The notes beneath the pieces were generated by a model, which was not told the DNA's origin, did no database searches, and saw nothing but the letters and a program-made list of their open reading frames with translations. This document shows positions 1 to 13,315 of a stretch of DNA of 64,000 bases, in pieces. A program made the translations under genes and the position numbers. Within the stretch, counting starts at the first letter, position 1, and each line of letters starts with the position of its first letter. Origin of the DNA: Octopus bimaculoides (Eukaryota); contig NC_068984.1 in assembly GCF_001194135.2 (NCBI RefSeq), positions 69,664,729 to 69,728,728 on the forward strand, written 5' to 3'.

Positions 1-158
1 GCCATGCTGGAGCACCGCCTTTAGTCGAGCAAATCGACCCCAGGACTTATTCTTTGTAAGCCTAGTACTTATTCTATTGGTCTCTTTTGCGGGGACGTAA
101 ACACACCAGCATCAGTTGTCAAGAGATGTTGGCGGGACAAACACAGACACACTAACAT

Positions 159-180
<22 letters not shown>
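1..180 (-). mobile_element. SINE family A, 3' part, cut by window edge
   Basis: Near-identical to 57628-57810 (gccatgctggag..ccgcctttagtcga..aaatcgaccccaggacttattcttt); has a ~16-nt internal deletion near 90. Confidence 0.8.
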
Positions 181-202
<22 letters not shown>

Positions 203-651
203 NNNNNNNNNNNNNNNNNNNNNNNNNNNNNNNNNNNNNNNNNNNNNNNNNNNNNNNNNNNNNNNNNNNNNNNNNNNNNNNNNNNNNNNNNNNNNNNNNN
301 NNNNNNNNNNNNNNNNNNNNNNNNNNNNNNNNNNNNNNNNNNNNNNNNNNNNNNNNNNNNNNNNNNNNNNNNNNNNNNNNNNNNNNNNNNNNNNNNNNNN
401 NNNNNNNNNNNNNNNNNNNNNNNNNNNNNNNNNNNNNNNNNNNNNNNNNNNNNNNNNNNNNNNNNNNNNNNNNNNNNNNNNNNNNNNNNNNNNNNNNNNN
501 NNNNNNNNNNNNNNNNNNNNNNNNNNNNNNNNNNNNNNNNNNNNNNNNNNNNNNNNNNNNNNNNNNNNNNNNNNNNNNNNNNNNNNNNNNNNNNNNNNNN
601 NNNNNNNNNNNNNNNNNNNNNNNNNNNNNNNNNNNNNNNNNNNNNNNNNNN

Positions 652-689
<38 letters not shown>
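157..689. repeat. (CA)n/(TA)n microsatellite spanning assembly gap 203-651
   Basis: Direct reading. Confidence 0.95.
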
Positions 690-691
<2 letters not shown>

Positions 692-1326
692 ATTAATTTC
701 GTTTGAGCACAATGTCTAGATTAGAGACTTAGCTGCTTTTTAAAAATAAAAGAAGCAAATTGTATGAAAAACAAAGAGAAGAAAAAACAAATCATTATGA
801 AGTAAATCAGAGTCACTGACAATAACTTGATACATACCATTCTGTTGATGTAGAATGGGGTTAAAATGTGCTAATGAATAACTCTCTATTTAATTTCTAA
901 CCCCTGCAAAATACATAATCATTACAGTTTATTGTCTGATGTTGTAAATTAGAACATGAATTATATTAAGTGTAAGTTACAAACTAAAAATTGATTGTTT
1001 TGAAAGACATTTCAGACGTTTCTTATAATATATGTCTGAAAATAGTGAAACCTCATTGGCACCAGTCTAAAGATTTGCACACATCAAAGATAAAGAGTGG
1101 GGAAATGTTTTGGTATCATTCCAATGAACACAATTCCGAATCTTGTATTCACATTTAATTTATGATATTATAAAGTCTTTGATTCCTGGAGTGAATTTTC
1201 TGAGATATTCTTATTTGGTTAAAAAGAAGAGAGAGAGAGAGCAGAGTATATGGAGAAAGACAGGGATGCAAAGAGAGACAGAAACACAGCAGTCAAGCAG
1301 ATAAAGAATGAAAAAAAGAGAAGAGT

Positions 1327-1357
<31 letters not shown>

Positions 1358-1459
1358 CCATTACAGCATGGAAAATGGGAGTTAAATGATGATGATGATG
1401 AGATATATATGAATCTATATATCTATATACATACATACATTTATATATATATTATACAA

Positions 1460-2420
1460 ATAGCACTGGTGGCAGATTCAGAAGAGCAACTGAGGAGACA
1501 GGTGGTACAGTTTGGAAGAGTGTGTGAGAAGAGGAAACTGAAAGTGAATGTAGCTAAGAGTAAGGTGATGAGATGTTCGAAGGATTGAATGGCTGGTAGG
1601 ATGAATGTGAGTATAAATGGTGAGATGTTAGAGGAGGTCAGTGTTTTTAAGTATCTGGGATTGCATGTGACAGTGGATGAGGGTTTGGTTGAGGAAGTGG
1701 GATATAGAGTGAGGGAGGGGGAGTAAGATNNNNNNNNNNGGAGGGGGAGTAAGATACTTGAAGTTGTGGAAGATATGCTGAGAGATAAACGTTGAGTATG
1801 AAAATGGAAAGTGGTGTATATGAGGGCATGATTGTGCTGTGGGGCTGAGAGAGGCGGAAAGGACGTGACTAGATGTATTTGAGATGAAATGTTTCAAGGC
1901 TATGGTTGATGTGACATGGATGAACAGGATGAGGAAAGAGGACTGAAAGAAAAACTAATAACCAAAAATGGATAGACAAATGTTGAGGTGGTTTGGCCAC
2001 ATGGAGAGGATGGATGAGGAGTGGATGGTAAGGAGGGTGATGAAGGCAGAAGTGACAGGCAGCACAACTAGAGGCAGACCTCTGTTTGCGTTGATGGATG
2101 GAGTTTGAAAAGCTTTGGTGGTTAGAAGTGTTGGAGTGAGAAAGGCAAGAGAGTTTATAAATGATAGGAAAGCTTGGAGAGTGTTTGTGGATGGACGAGT
2201 GAATTTGATGTTGCTCAAAGGGGTACGGAACCAGTACGGTGTAGTGGGGGTAAACCAGCATATGTTGTTGGGCCCCGCAACTGATATTGGGAGTTGTGTT
2301 CTATGCCTTGACCTGTACATAGAACAAGGCTTGACTATTTGAGCTGGGAAATGAATGAAATGTCTGATGTGTGTTTTGTGTGGCTACCCACTCCTAAAAA
2401 AATGGGGACTAGGCCTGGGT
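1460..2420 (+). mobile_element. RTE-clade LINE, decayed RT C-terminal half and 3' end
   Basis: Translates to ALVADSEEQLRRQVVQFGRVCEKRKLKVNVAKSKVM...FKYLG...LRWFGHMERMDEEWMVRRVMKAEV, with stops and frameshifts; 10-N gap at 1730-1739. Confidence 0.85.
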
Positions 2421-2554
2421 ATATAAAAAAAATATATATATGTAAAGAGAGAGACAAAAATTATATATAGATCTTTATTTGCTCATCTGAAATAATTTTT
2501 TACACTCAGATACCCTCCCCCCACACACACACATATATATGTGTGTAAATATAT

Positions 2555-2905
2555 GAGGAGCTTGCTTCCCAACTACATGGCTCCAGGTTCAGTGTCTTCT
2601 ACTATAGCCTCAGGCCAACCAAACCCTTCTAAGTTGATTTGGTAGATGAAAAGTGAAAGAAACCTGTCGTATGTATGTATTTATCTATCTGTGTATATGT
2701 GTCTTTGTGTCTGTGTTTTTCCCCACTTGACAACTGGTGTTCGTGTGCTAATGTCCTTGTAACTTAGTGGTTCAGCAAAAGAACCAATGGAATAAGTACT
2801 AGGCTTAAGAAATAAGTTCTGGTATCGATTTGTTCAAGTGAATGAAACCCTTCAAAGCAGTGCTCTAGCATGGCTCCAGCCAAATCACTGAAACAAGTAA
2901 AAGAA
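2555..2905 (+). mobile_element. SINE family A, decayed
   Basis: Head agcttgcttcccaac..ggttcagt; body ggtagatgaaa..gaaagaaacc; tail ctctagcatggc..gaaacaagtaaaagaat. Confidence 0.75.
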
Positions 2906-3988
2906 TATATAAATACACAGTGGAATTAATATAGTTTTCATTTGTCCTGAATCAGTACAATTATGAAATTATATGGCTTCAATGGAACTGAGGCCATATA
3001 ATTTGCATCCATATAATTTTTCTTTTTGCCTTCATTATGTTTGACCAATTAAAAACCATTTTAATTTTATTAAACATGCAATTTCTCTTACCCCTTTTCC
3101 ATCCTCGATGCCCCCAGCTCACGAGGAAAACTGTCCTAAGCAACAAGGTCTCTAGATAATTGATGAATATTTTGTTAATGTGACTGAGAATAAATCCTTT
3201 TATAAGCTTGGCAATAGTACCAGGAATACCCTCTACTGTAGCATTCTTCAAAGTCAGTAGGGTTAATCATATAAGTTTGATATCTCTGACTATGAAAAGT
3301 CAGGCAACTGACTGTCAAGCATGTGAAATAAATACATGAGAACATCACATGTCTTCTTTAGTCTGGTCATCTTTTGGCAAGCATCTCTTAATTTTTTTTT
3401 CTTTTCCTATCATAAATTCTCACCAAATCCTTGTAGTATCTTTGTATTTATGAACTATGCATTGGAATGCATTTTAGAGAGATTATATTAAGTCACTCAG
3501 GAATGTACATTTGTGTGGCTTGCTGCTCTTGGAGTTCTCAACAGAATCTAAATTGACAACTTAAGTAGTATTTCCAAAACATTGCTGCCATGTCAGAGAG
3601 GGTAACATTGTGGAACATGAAAATAGGATTATATTGAAGATAATATAACACTATTCATAGATTTAGGCATTCATCATTATCACATATAACAGTGACTATC
3701 TTTTTCTTTTTTATCATTACCCAAATTATTAACAGAGGAAGAGAATTTTCTCTTCAATTAGGTATCCTGTGACATAGGAAAAAAAAAGATCAAAAATATA
3801 AAATTCTATAATTGCTTCTCTGTAAACTGTCTTGATGTGGCTTCTGAAATACCTCCGTCACGTAAACTGTTTGTTTGAAGTATTGCAGGTGTAAAAATAA
3901 ATAAAATATTTGATATTTCAGAATATATCAAAACTTCTCCCATTTTTTGTATGTACAGATTCAGACATACATCAATAAGAAAGCCTCT

Positions 3989-4205
3989 ACAAGGTGGCAA
4001 GCTGGCAGAAGCGTTAGCATGCCAGGCGAAATGCTTAGCGGTATTTCATCTGTCTTTATGTTCTGAGTTCAAGTTCCGCCTAGGTCGCCTTTGCCTTTCA
4101 TCATTTTGGGGTCGATAAATTAAGTACCAGTTGCATACTGATGTTGATCTAATCGACTGACCCCACTCTCCAAAAATTTCGGGCCTTGTGCATAGAGTAA
4201 AAAAG
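3989..4205 (+). mobile_element. SINE family B with perfect 15-bp target-site duplication
   Basis: gctggcagaagcgttagcatgccaggcgaaatgcttagcgg...; AATAAGAAAGCCTCT at 3974-3988 and 4206-4220. Confidence 0.88.
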
Positions 4206-4409
4206 AATAAGAAAGCCTCTGTCTGGTCACTGGACCTGCTAGTAATAGCAGCTGTCGCTCCATCAAATCACATCCTGCTGCATTAACAAAGAACATCTTG
4301 GATATCATGTCTGAAAAATAAGAAGATTGACATAATTTTATGTGGTAACTTGACCTATTAAAAATAGAAACCAAATATTACTTCACTCACAGCACATTGG
4401 TTTATAATA

Positions 4410-4852
4410 TTGGCTTGAAATTTTGGCACATGGCCAGCAATTTCGAGGGAGAAGTTAAGTTGATTACACCAACCTCAGTATTCAACCAGTACTTATTTTA
4501 TCAACCCTGAAAGGATGACAGGCAAAGTCAACCTCAGTGGAATTTGAACTCAGAATGTAGGGACGGTTGAAATGCTGCTCAGCAATTTGTATACTAACAA
4601 TTCCACCAGCTCAACCACCTTACACCATCTTATAATATTAGTTCTGAAATTTGGCGCAAGGCCAGTAATTTCAGGGGAGGGTTAAGCCGATTACATTGAC
4701 TCCAATTCTCAACTGGTACTTATTTTATCGACCCAGAGAATGTGAAAGGCAAAGTCGACCGCAGTGGAATTTGAACTCAGAGCACGAGGACAGACAAAGT
4801 GCTGCTAAGCATTTTGCCTAACATGCTAACAATTCTGCCAGATCACCATTCT
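4410..4852 (-). mobile_element. Two tandem SINE family B copies (about 4410-4622 and 4640-4852)
   Basis: Each contains gtacttattttatc.accc..a.a.g.tga.aggcaaagtc.acc.cagtggaatttgaactcaga, the reverse complement of the family B body. Confidence 0.8.
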
Positions 4853-4962
4853 ACACCATCTTATACTATTAAGATCATATTAGCTAATGCTGTCCTAAAT
4901 GCACTTTGAATGGGAAACAGTAGTTGATTGCAGTTCAAATGTCTTTGGCCATATGTTACTAG

Positions 4963-5122
4963 TAACCAATTACTTAAAAGAGATGAGCATCAAAACTGTC
5001 CATCACTCTCCCTATAGTCCAGGCTTAGCACCCTGTGATTTTTGTTGTTCCTGAAGCTGAATGGGATCTTCATTTTGAAGATGAAGTAGGCTGTGAGAAG
5101 GGTTCTGAACACCATCCCTAAA
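4963..5122 (+). mobile_element. Mariner transposase C-terminal fragment
   Basis: VTNYLKEMSIKTVHHSPYSPGLAPCDF matches the mariner HPPYSPDLAP(S/C)DF motif, then frameshifted LFLKL..EMK*AVRRVLNTIPK. Confidence 0.78.
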
Positions 5123-8100
5123 TATATATATATAGAGAGAAAGAGCGAGAGAGAAAGAGAGAGAGAGAAAAGCAAGGGGAGATTTGAGGTGTAAACAAAT
5201 GAACTCAATACTTGAAGTTCTAGTTGAGAATTTTTGGTGGGAGCAATCTTCATTGACTAGTTGAAGTTATGTTGGTAGTTTTGATAAAACAATGATATAA
5301 GATAGTTTATATAAACACCATGGTAGAGGAAAAAGTCTACAGGGTTGAAGTGGTTTAGGCTTACATAGGATGTTGGAGCATATTAATAGTGATGGGCAAA
5401 AGCTGTTTCAAATGATGAGGTACCAGTTTTGTTGTGCCAAATTACAACCCAGTTTGCATGTTATGCATAACAGCGAATTATTATTTTATTCAGATACATG
5501 TAGTACACAATGATTGTGCATGGAAAGGAAATAATCTCATTATGAGTAACCAACAATTGCTTACCTCTAATTGTGCATGAGCCAACTAACCAGTCATTTG
5601 AAATTGATTAACAGGATGGCAACAATAAGAAAGATGAATTTCCCTATTGAGGGATAATGCAGGATGCTGCAAAATATTCTGTTTCAAGGGCCTTATCAAA
5701 AGTACTCTTTGTGATGTTGGGTAAGTTATTGATTTGATTCCTGATCAAGATGAAACAAGACAAAGATGTGGAGTTTTTCTTGTCCCAACATCTGAAATTG
5801 TCTCATGAAATCATTGGTTGTTATGCTCATGTAATGTCTCATGATGTCATTGGATTGTGTGAAGGTGGTTCTATAGACCACTGCTTTTGAGAGGCAGGAT
5901 CATTGTGAATATGTATTCCGCACTTAGATGTTGTACACACAACATCTAATCATGCTATATACAACATATATAATAGAAGTAATATAAAGACCTAAGATTA
6001 ATTAAAACAGTTTTAATCCATGTATATTCTATCAGTTTGATTGTTTATATATAAGCTGATTTTCCAAGTAAATTATCCAGTAATATGGATTGGGTTATAA
6101 ATGCAAGAATAAAATATTGTAGTGCATCATAAAGTTTATGAATTCTACATGAGAATTAAGTCTTGCACTTAAATGATTTTAATGTTATAAGTGATTATAT
6201 AAGCTCAAAATCCAAATGATTATAATTTCTTACTAATTAGCTCTAATTCAGTTTTAATACAGCCCAAACCATGTATAGTTGTGAAGTGATTCGAAAATAC
6301 ATCATTTGGTTGTCTGAAAGTTATATGGTATCTTATTTTATGTAAAAATGTACAGCTGTTATTTTTGGATTACATTGAAACCTATAGTTTAAGACATATT
6401 TTTTACCGGGATTTGTAGAGTTTCATTGTACAACCACTTCAGCCCACATAGTTTGAATATTGGACATTTTTTTAATCTGAGTTCTATTAAAATTTGTATT
6501 CTAGAAAACCATTAAATTTGTTATATACAAGGTGCATTCTAGAAGTTTTAAGACATTTTTAGTAGAGGCAGTTATGAATGTTCTAGATGATGGTAATTGT
6601 AGTATATCATTACTATACATCTAATAAGCTGATCTAATGCATCTTCTCAAGACTCCTTTTTATTTCACATCACCTATTGTTTTTGAATTTTCCTGCACCT
6701 ACAATTTAACAAGAATCTACATAATAAATAACCAAAATATTAAATAACCAAATAATGTTACTTTATTTTAAAATAAGCAGTATGTTATAAAAGTCTACAT
6801 TTGCATTCCAGTACTTTCTCTCACAGATTTGACACTTGTTATTTAATCATAACTTTTGCTATGTCTCAGATATTGTTAGCATAACAAAACTATTCATAAG
6901 TTCAATAGTTATATACAAAGTGAGCAAAAAGAAATCAATATTTCATTATTAAGCCAAATATTCAATAAAATTATCTGAGCCAGCTAAAAAAAAAATCATA
7001 TTGACCTAAAACACTACATCTTTTCTTACTGATATTTATCATTTTATTGTATAGAATAGATTTGAAAATATTCAAGAATTCTGAATAAAAATTAAATGAA
7101 ATTTTTAGATAAGAATTCTAATTGCTGAAAGTGATAAGGAATAAATAGTCTTGACATTAATGACTCCATTGGGATCAAAAAAATCTCCTTTTGTTTGCTA
7201 CAAATTTCTACAAACATTCAACTGTCATTGTTTTAATATATATTATATGCAGTTTGAAAAATAGCTTTCCTTCAACAGTTCTTAATATTTAGGGGAATTA
7301 TTCTGATAATTTCCGTACTAATGTTTATACTACTAGAAACAATTAGTAAAAAAATCACTGTTTACTTGCAAGTGCAATGCAATTTGGAATTTCAAAGTGA
7401 CTTCCGCCTGTCTAGCTAAAAATCACTAATATATTTTGTCTTCTTTTGGAATGCAACTTTTATTATATTACAGAAAATGTATTCACTACTGGCATACATC
7501 AGTTATGTAACTTTCATGTTTTAAACTAATCTTTTAAATAAAATAATCACTTTTATGCAATAGAAACTATTGCCACCGCTAGCCTGCTAACAGAAGTAAC
7601 AATTTCTATTGGAAGTATACGCTATATGTACAATATTCCATAGCCACAGGCTATGAAGTGTATGCGTTAGTTTTTAAATATCTCAAGGATATTGCATTCA
7701 GTATCTAAACTGGTTATTTTTCTTCTTTACTTTTTTTTACTACTGAAGTAAAATACTAGCCTCCAGTTTGGAAACTGATTTTTATATTGAATTCTTTGCA
7801 TTATTCAAAAGTAAATAAGGCAGTCAGCTAGCAAGATAAAACACATTTCCTTTTCTGTGCTGGACATGATGACTTTTGGGTGAACTACCAAATTATAAAT
7901 CACCATGTTCTACACTGGAGCAATCGTGATGCTATAACTCCCAAAATTGGTTGTAACATAACCAAAGGATTACTATTTCAACCTCTCAGGATCTCATTCA
8001 ATTTTAAGTTACTCAGAAAATAACATGATTTTTCAGATCATTTTTGTATCAACTGATATTCAGAATAAATCAACCAATGTTGCATATTTAGTGATTACTG

Positions 8101-10619
8101 AGCAACAAAATTCTGTAACATGCCATAAGGAATATAGATTTATTCTATATAAGAATACATAAAACTTTGCTATAAACCAATTTAAGAATTGTGACTCTAA
8201 GAAATGCATGTAAGTCAAATGATTAATTTCATAAACTAACTGCCAAATCTATATACAACACTGAATATCATTGAATCGACTATTTACAGCTTAACTGAGA
8301 TGGCTCTACTACACTGAAGGTGAAAGAGATCTAAATTAATCAAAACCATAATTTCAAGGGTTCTTTTCCTTGCATGCTTTTATGGTAATAATCATAGGGT
8401 AGAATGTTTTGTGATTTCCTTGAAGAAATATTAAAATGTATAGAAAAAAATTACATGGCATCATATTTTAAATCCCTGTGTATAAAGTAAATTGTACATC
8501 ATGTCAAGGAGTGTGTGATGTTATCACACAAACAAACGTTCTTAGTCTGACAGTAAATACAGTTATGGGATTGAAATCCATGTTAATTATAGCATGTGAT
8601 TTGGAATGGGCTGTTGCAATTTCCAGTCTCCTTAGACAAATCTTATAATCTGCATTGCCTCACATTTCCACATAGACTCTCCTTAGACAAATCTGATACA
8701 CTCTTTGTCTTTCATTTGAGCATTGACACTTTTATAAACATTCTGTTACTCCTGGAATGTGACATTACTTTGTTGAAGAGAACTGAAATTCACGAATGGT
8801 AAAATGGGACTATATCCAACCACTTGTCTTTCTGATGTGAGTGTTGTCCTTGATACATTGTCTAAATAAGAACAGATAGTCATGGATAGAATGCTTTTGG
8901 CCATAGCTCTACTCAGTCAAGGCTGATCTGGTTCTTACCAGCAAGATATCTAGTGTACCACTTTATATATATACTGTCATCAATTACAGACAAAAAGTAA
9001 ACATACATAATTCTGTTTTGCAGTATGTATATAGATTATGCTATATGCTGAGTAGAATAATGTATGACTCTACCCTCTCTGCATAACAAAATGTTGACAT
9101 GGTATCTGTTGCTAACTTACAAAGCACTGACTCGGATTCACCAGGTGTGAGTAAGTCAAAAGTGACTCGAGATCATGGGAATTTGTTTCACAATAATACT
9201 TTATATTAGGATTTAATTGAAATAATGTTTAAAGCAAAATTAAATATGTCTGCACACAAATAATTTTAGTTCTGTATGGATTCAGTGAAGAATATAAAAT
9301 TTGACCAAACTTGAGGACATGGTAGTATCATTCATATTAATCCAAGCATGCATCTTATTGACTCTGAAAAGTGGGAGGGGACATTCAACATTGATGTATC
9401 AAGAATTAGAAACAATGGGGAACCAAATTAGTATGACATCCAAAGTTTAATTTAGTCATTTACTTTATTAGCCATTGTCACTAACCTTCCTGAATAAAAC
9501 ATTGACAAAGTTCATGAAATTTCTTGATGAAGATTCATCATTAATTTCAAATAGTTTTGAAGTTATAGTTTAAAATGTGTGGTGAACATTAAGGCAATAC
9601 ATTTATATGTAAAAAAAAACAAAAACAAAGCAAAACAAAACAAACCTGTCAGAATGTTTACATAATGGGTGAATATTTCATGGCGATCAATATAGTTTGT
9701 TTACAAATTTAGTAAAGAAAGACTTTCTGAAACAAACTTTACTATATCCTAGTGGCAAGATTGTCTACAATGATGTTTTTAGATTTTTATAAAAGAAAAC
9801 AAAATTGATGAGGATAGAAATCTTCCAGTGTGAAACTTTAGTAGGGTAGAAAATATTTTTTGTTAGAAAATTCTTTTTTGTTTTTACCTTTTCAAATATA
9901 TATTTTTATTTTCATCTCAGACTGCCCTCACTATCTTCCAAAAACAAATACTAACAAAAAAAAAAAAAAAATGGAAAAGAAAAGTTAATCATATTTTACT
10001 GACATATTCAAGATTTTCATTATACAAATGTCATCATTAGATTGATTTATTGAATTTATTTTTAGTGAGATGTTTTATTTTGAACACCATGAATCTATTT
10101 TGTTCTAAATATGAAAGACCTATTACTCTTTGAAAGGCTATCCCACACAATAATAAATGAGAAATTTGAAACATGAAAATATCCGCTTTAAAATAGATTT
10201 CTATAATCTTTATCTTTGGTGACTTTAAAGTGTATGTTTCTCATTGCTTTCTTATTTCATTCATACTGACACTTCTGGTATATTGTAACTAAAACATTTG
10301 CAACCCTAAACAATTCACACCAGCTTGTCTCATCACCTACCCATGAATCTGATCTATCAAGGTACTGAACATTCTTCATCTCTTCCATATTTTCAAATCC
10401 TATCTAAACTCAATTGTCACAATTTTGGCTTGTTTAAAACTGCCCTAACTTTGATTAATTACCACATCTCCCTCCTCATCAATATGCTTCAGAACATTAT
10501 TTTTCTTAAGAATCCTCTGCTATTTAATCCAATTTAAATTGTATATTCAATACTGTTGACGTCACCCTGTGAGAGAAATAATTTTGTATAGCAATGAAAC
10601 ATCCTTCAAATCACACACC

Positions 10620-11250
10620 ACTCTCGAAAAAAGGTCATATTGAGTAATATAGTCTAGTAAAGATTTGCACTACCAGGGTTGATCTGAAACTAAACACATC
10701 AAAAACTAAGTTAGTGAGAGCGATGTGATCTTCAACAAGATCTTTCACAAGACAAAGCTAGCAATGTAGAAACTTCTAGATGATTGGCAAGTAGTTGCAG
10801 TGGCAAAAAGATGTTTATATAATTCTCGTATAGATCAAGTGGTTTGCATTCCTATGCAGTAGAAATCCCTGTTACATGTTATGCATGTAATAGAGATATC
10901 TTCTCAGTAATATCTCCTTCCTCAGTAGAGTCAGTTTTGTTATGCAATGCTGAAACCTGAACCCTCACCAAAAAGTTCGAAAATCAAATAGATGGCTGTC
11001 ACACAAAAATGTAAAGAATGGCTCTGAATGCTACATGGAGGGCTCATTTAATCAATGAATAGCCTTATCAAGCTCTACCCAAAGTGATTGAGAAGATTCA
11101 GCAGAGAAGAATGAGAATGGCTGGTGATTGTGTTAGGTACCCAGAAGAACCTGTGTCAACTGGTCTTATAGAAATCAGTTGAAGAAATAATTGAAAGAAG
11201 AAAATGCCTAACCTATGTAGACACAGAGTTTAGAAGGTTGGATAAAATAC
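10620..11250 (+). mobile_element. RTE-like LINE, decayed RT C-terminus
   Basis: 10922 onward reads SVESVLLCNAET*TLTKKFENQIDGCHTKM*RMALNATWRAHLINE...KIQQRRMRMAGDCVRYPEE, resembling LLYGSETWTL..RL.GH. Confidence 0.72.
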
Positions 11251-11385
11251 TGCTGTGATAACTCAATTAGACTGCTGTATAAACTTGCATTGTTGAGAAT
11301 TAATTGCTAATATATTAGGCTTTCATTATTAGCCAAAGAAGCAGTATTAGTTCAAATTAGCAATCTGTATATCTTACCTGAAGTA

Positions 11386-11422
<37 letters not shown>

Positions 11423-13315
11423 CTAGCAGAGGCACCCAGCGTTGCCTGGGAATGAAATGTTTCCTTACATATTGGAAGAAAGCAAAATATGTTGTATAGA
11501 AATTTGTTATTGTAAATTCAATTTATTCTTCAGTTGGGATACTTTTTATTCTTTAATTGGGAAATCAATTCTAAATTCATAATACAAAATAACAATAATA
11601 ATAATGATAATAAAGGAAAATACAAAATTTACCATTTTTATGAAAGAAGATAAATTCTGCCTCATATGTTGCAGGAAATTATGTAAGAGCTTATAATAAA
11701 CAACATTCTTTGTTTTCTGATTTGAAGCATAGACAAATAAGTCTTGCAAACTACCTGCCTGAGAGCAGCCAACAAAGGTGACCATGAAGAAAAGCAAGCC
11801 AGTAAATTTCAATGACTGACCATGGTTAATTGTTACTCTGGTCTAGTTTTTTGGAGTAAAAATTGCCTTTTCACACAACCATTTATGTGAATTACAATTA
11901 TTACTTAAGTCTGACAATACCCTGTTCTTCGATTCAACTGGCGAATTCACCATGATAGCAATATGAGCCAAACTTATATTACCATTCCCATCAAATGGTA
12001 CTTTCCCATTTTCTAATTGGAGGAGCCAGGTTGAAAACTGTTTTGCACATTGGTCCCCATGTAATAAAGGTCGCACATTAATACTGAAGGAGAATTTCAG
12101 TACTTTATTCCATAATTGTTAAGACTTAACGCATGCTTTTATTTCATCAGATCTTCTTCGTCTCAGAATGACTGGTAATGTCTGTCTGAGGTCTCCCGAT
12201 AAAACTAATGTAACTCCTCCCATAAATTTATTGTTGTCTCTGATGTCTTGTAAAGTCTTACCAAAAGCTTCCATTGCACCTCTATGTGACATGGTGCATA
12301 CATTTCAAATGATAAGGTGGCATTGACATAACACTTCTGCTGAAGCTGAATATTTGTTTATGTTACAAATTAGACTATCACTTGTGACCAGATTAAGTGG
12401 TAATTTATTTAAAAGCAGAATGAGCTGTTCGTCCTCCTGGGGGAATGGTGGCAGCAAAGCCAGAAAATGATACAGCAACTGCAAATTTTTGTTTTTGTTG
12501 CCTTACTTTGGAGAGGAGCAAGGTTACAAATGTTTTACCTGTGTCACTAGGAGCATCAAGAAAGACAATTAACGAAGTGTGCGAGTTCCAGGAAAATAAT
12601 GCCCATATTTCTTGGAAGCCCCATGTTGAATTGCAAAATTTTAACGTGATATTTGTGTAATAAATAAAGAAACGAAACATTGAGTGTGTGTGTGCATGTG
12701 AGAGAGAGAGAGAGAACATTGCAAACAATAAATAAGACGGACATGGAATTTTAAAAATCGTATAAATAAAAGGACGTTGAAAAGTACCTTGTACTGAATA
12801 TTTAAATTTGTGAACTTAGTAAATTCATTTTTCAGTAATTTATCGTAGTTCTTTACAAATAACGAATTAAAACTTGAAATGAAAACATTAGAATTAGACA
12901 GGGACAGACTTCGCCCTTTTTATCTCCATACCGGAAGTTGACATTGAGAAACCTTTTTTAAGAAGTGAATCTAATCTAATAATATTCCCAGGTATGTTTG
13001 TGAAAAATTTCATTAAAAAATATCCCTTTTCTTGAAAGTTAAGACTAATTGAAGTAGACTCCATTGAATTTTCAGAAATTCCCCACCCCACCCGTAAAAC
13101 ACTTACTCCTCCCCCCAATGTTATATATTCGTAATCGACATGATATAACACATATTCGTAGAGAATGTTATTGAAAAATATCCATTTTTCTGAAATTTAT
13201 AGCAATCAAAAGTTAGGGGGGTTGCAGAAATCTATAGCTATGGCGACAAATTTGACATTTTCCTTCAACATATGGTTATATATGTATACAGAAATACATG
13301 CGTGCAGAAGGGAGT
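11423..13315 (-). mobile_element. Helitron deletion derivative with partial PIF1-like helicase and intact 3' end
   Basis: FLDAPSDTGKTF..GGRTAHSAFK (Walker A region, about 12410-12570), KAIFTPKN, C-terminal VGCSQAGSLQDLFVYASNQKTKNVVY; 3' CTAG at 11423-11426 followed by T; hairpin CCCAG/CTGGG at 11435-11450. Confidence 0.9.

Noticed and set aside
112-712. Long ORFs of YIYI/THTH/X residues (also at 13431-14179, 27598-28220, 32644-33193, 61757-62087, 62824-63165)
   Set aside because: Artefacts of microsatellites and N-gaps.
838-903. 66-nt minus-strand segment with good acceptor (ttttgcag) and donor (GTATGT)
   Set aside because: Stop codons in all three frames; could only be non-coding, and there is no support.
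1710-1760. ggagggggagtaagat repeated on both sides of a 10-N gap
   Set aside because: Typical unmerged contig overlap, not a biological repeat.
2979-3251. 90-aa minus ORF with an internal GGG|GTAAGA donor
   Set aside because: No in-frame acceptor and no recognisable motif.
8627-8694. Two perfect 17-nt direct repeats (tctccttagacaaatct) separated by 34 nt, CRISPR-like geometry
   Set aside because: Only two short repeats in eukaryotic DNA with no cas genes; a local duplication.
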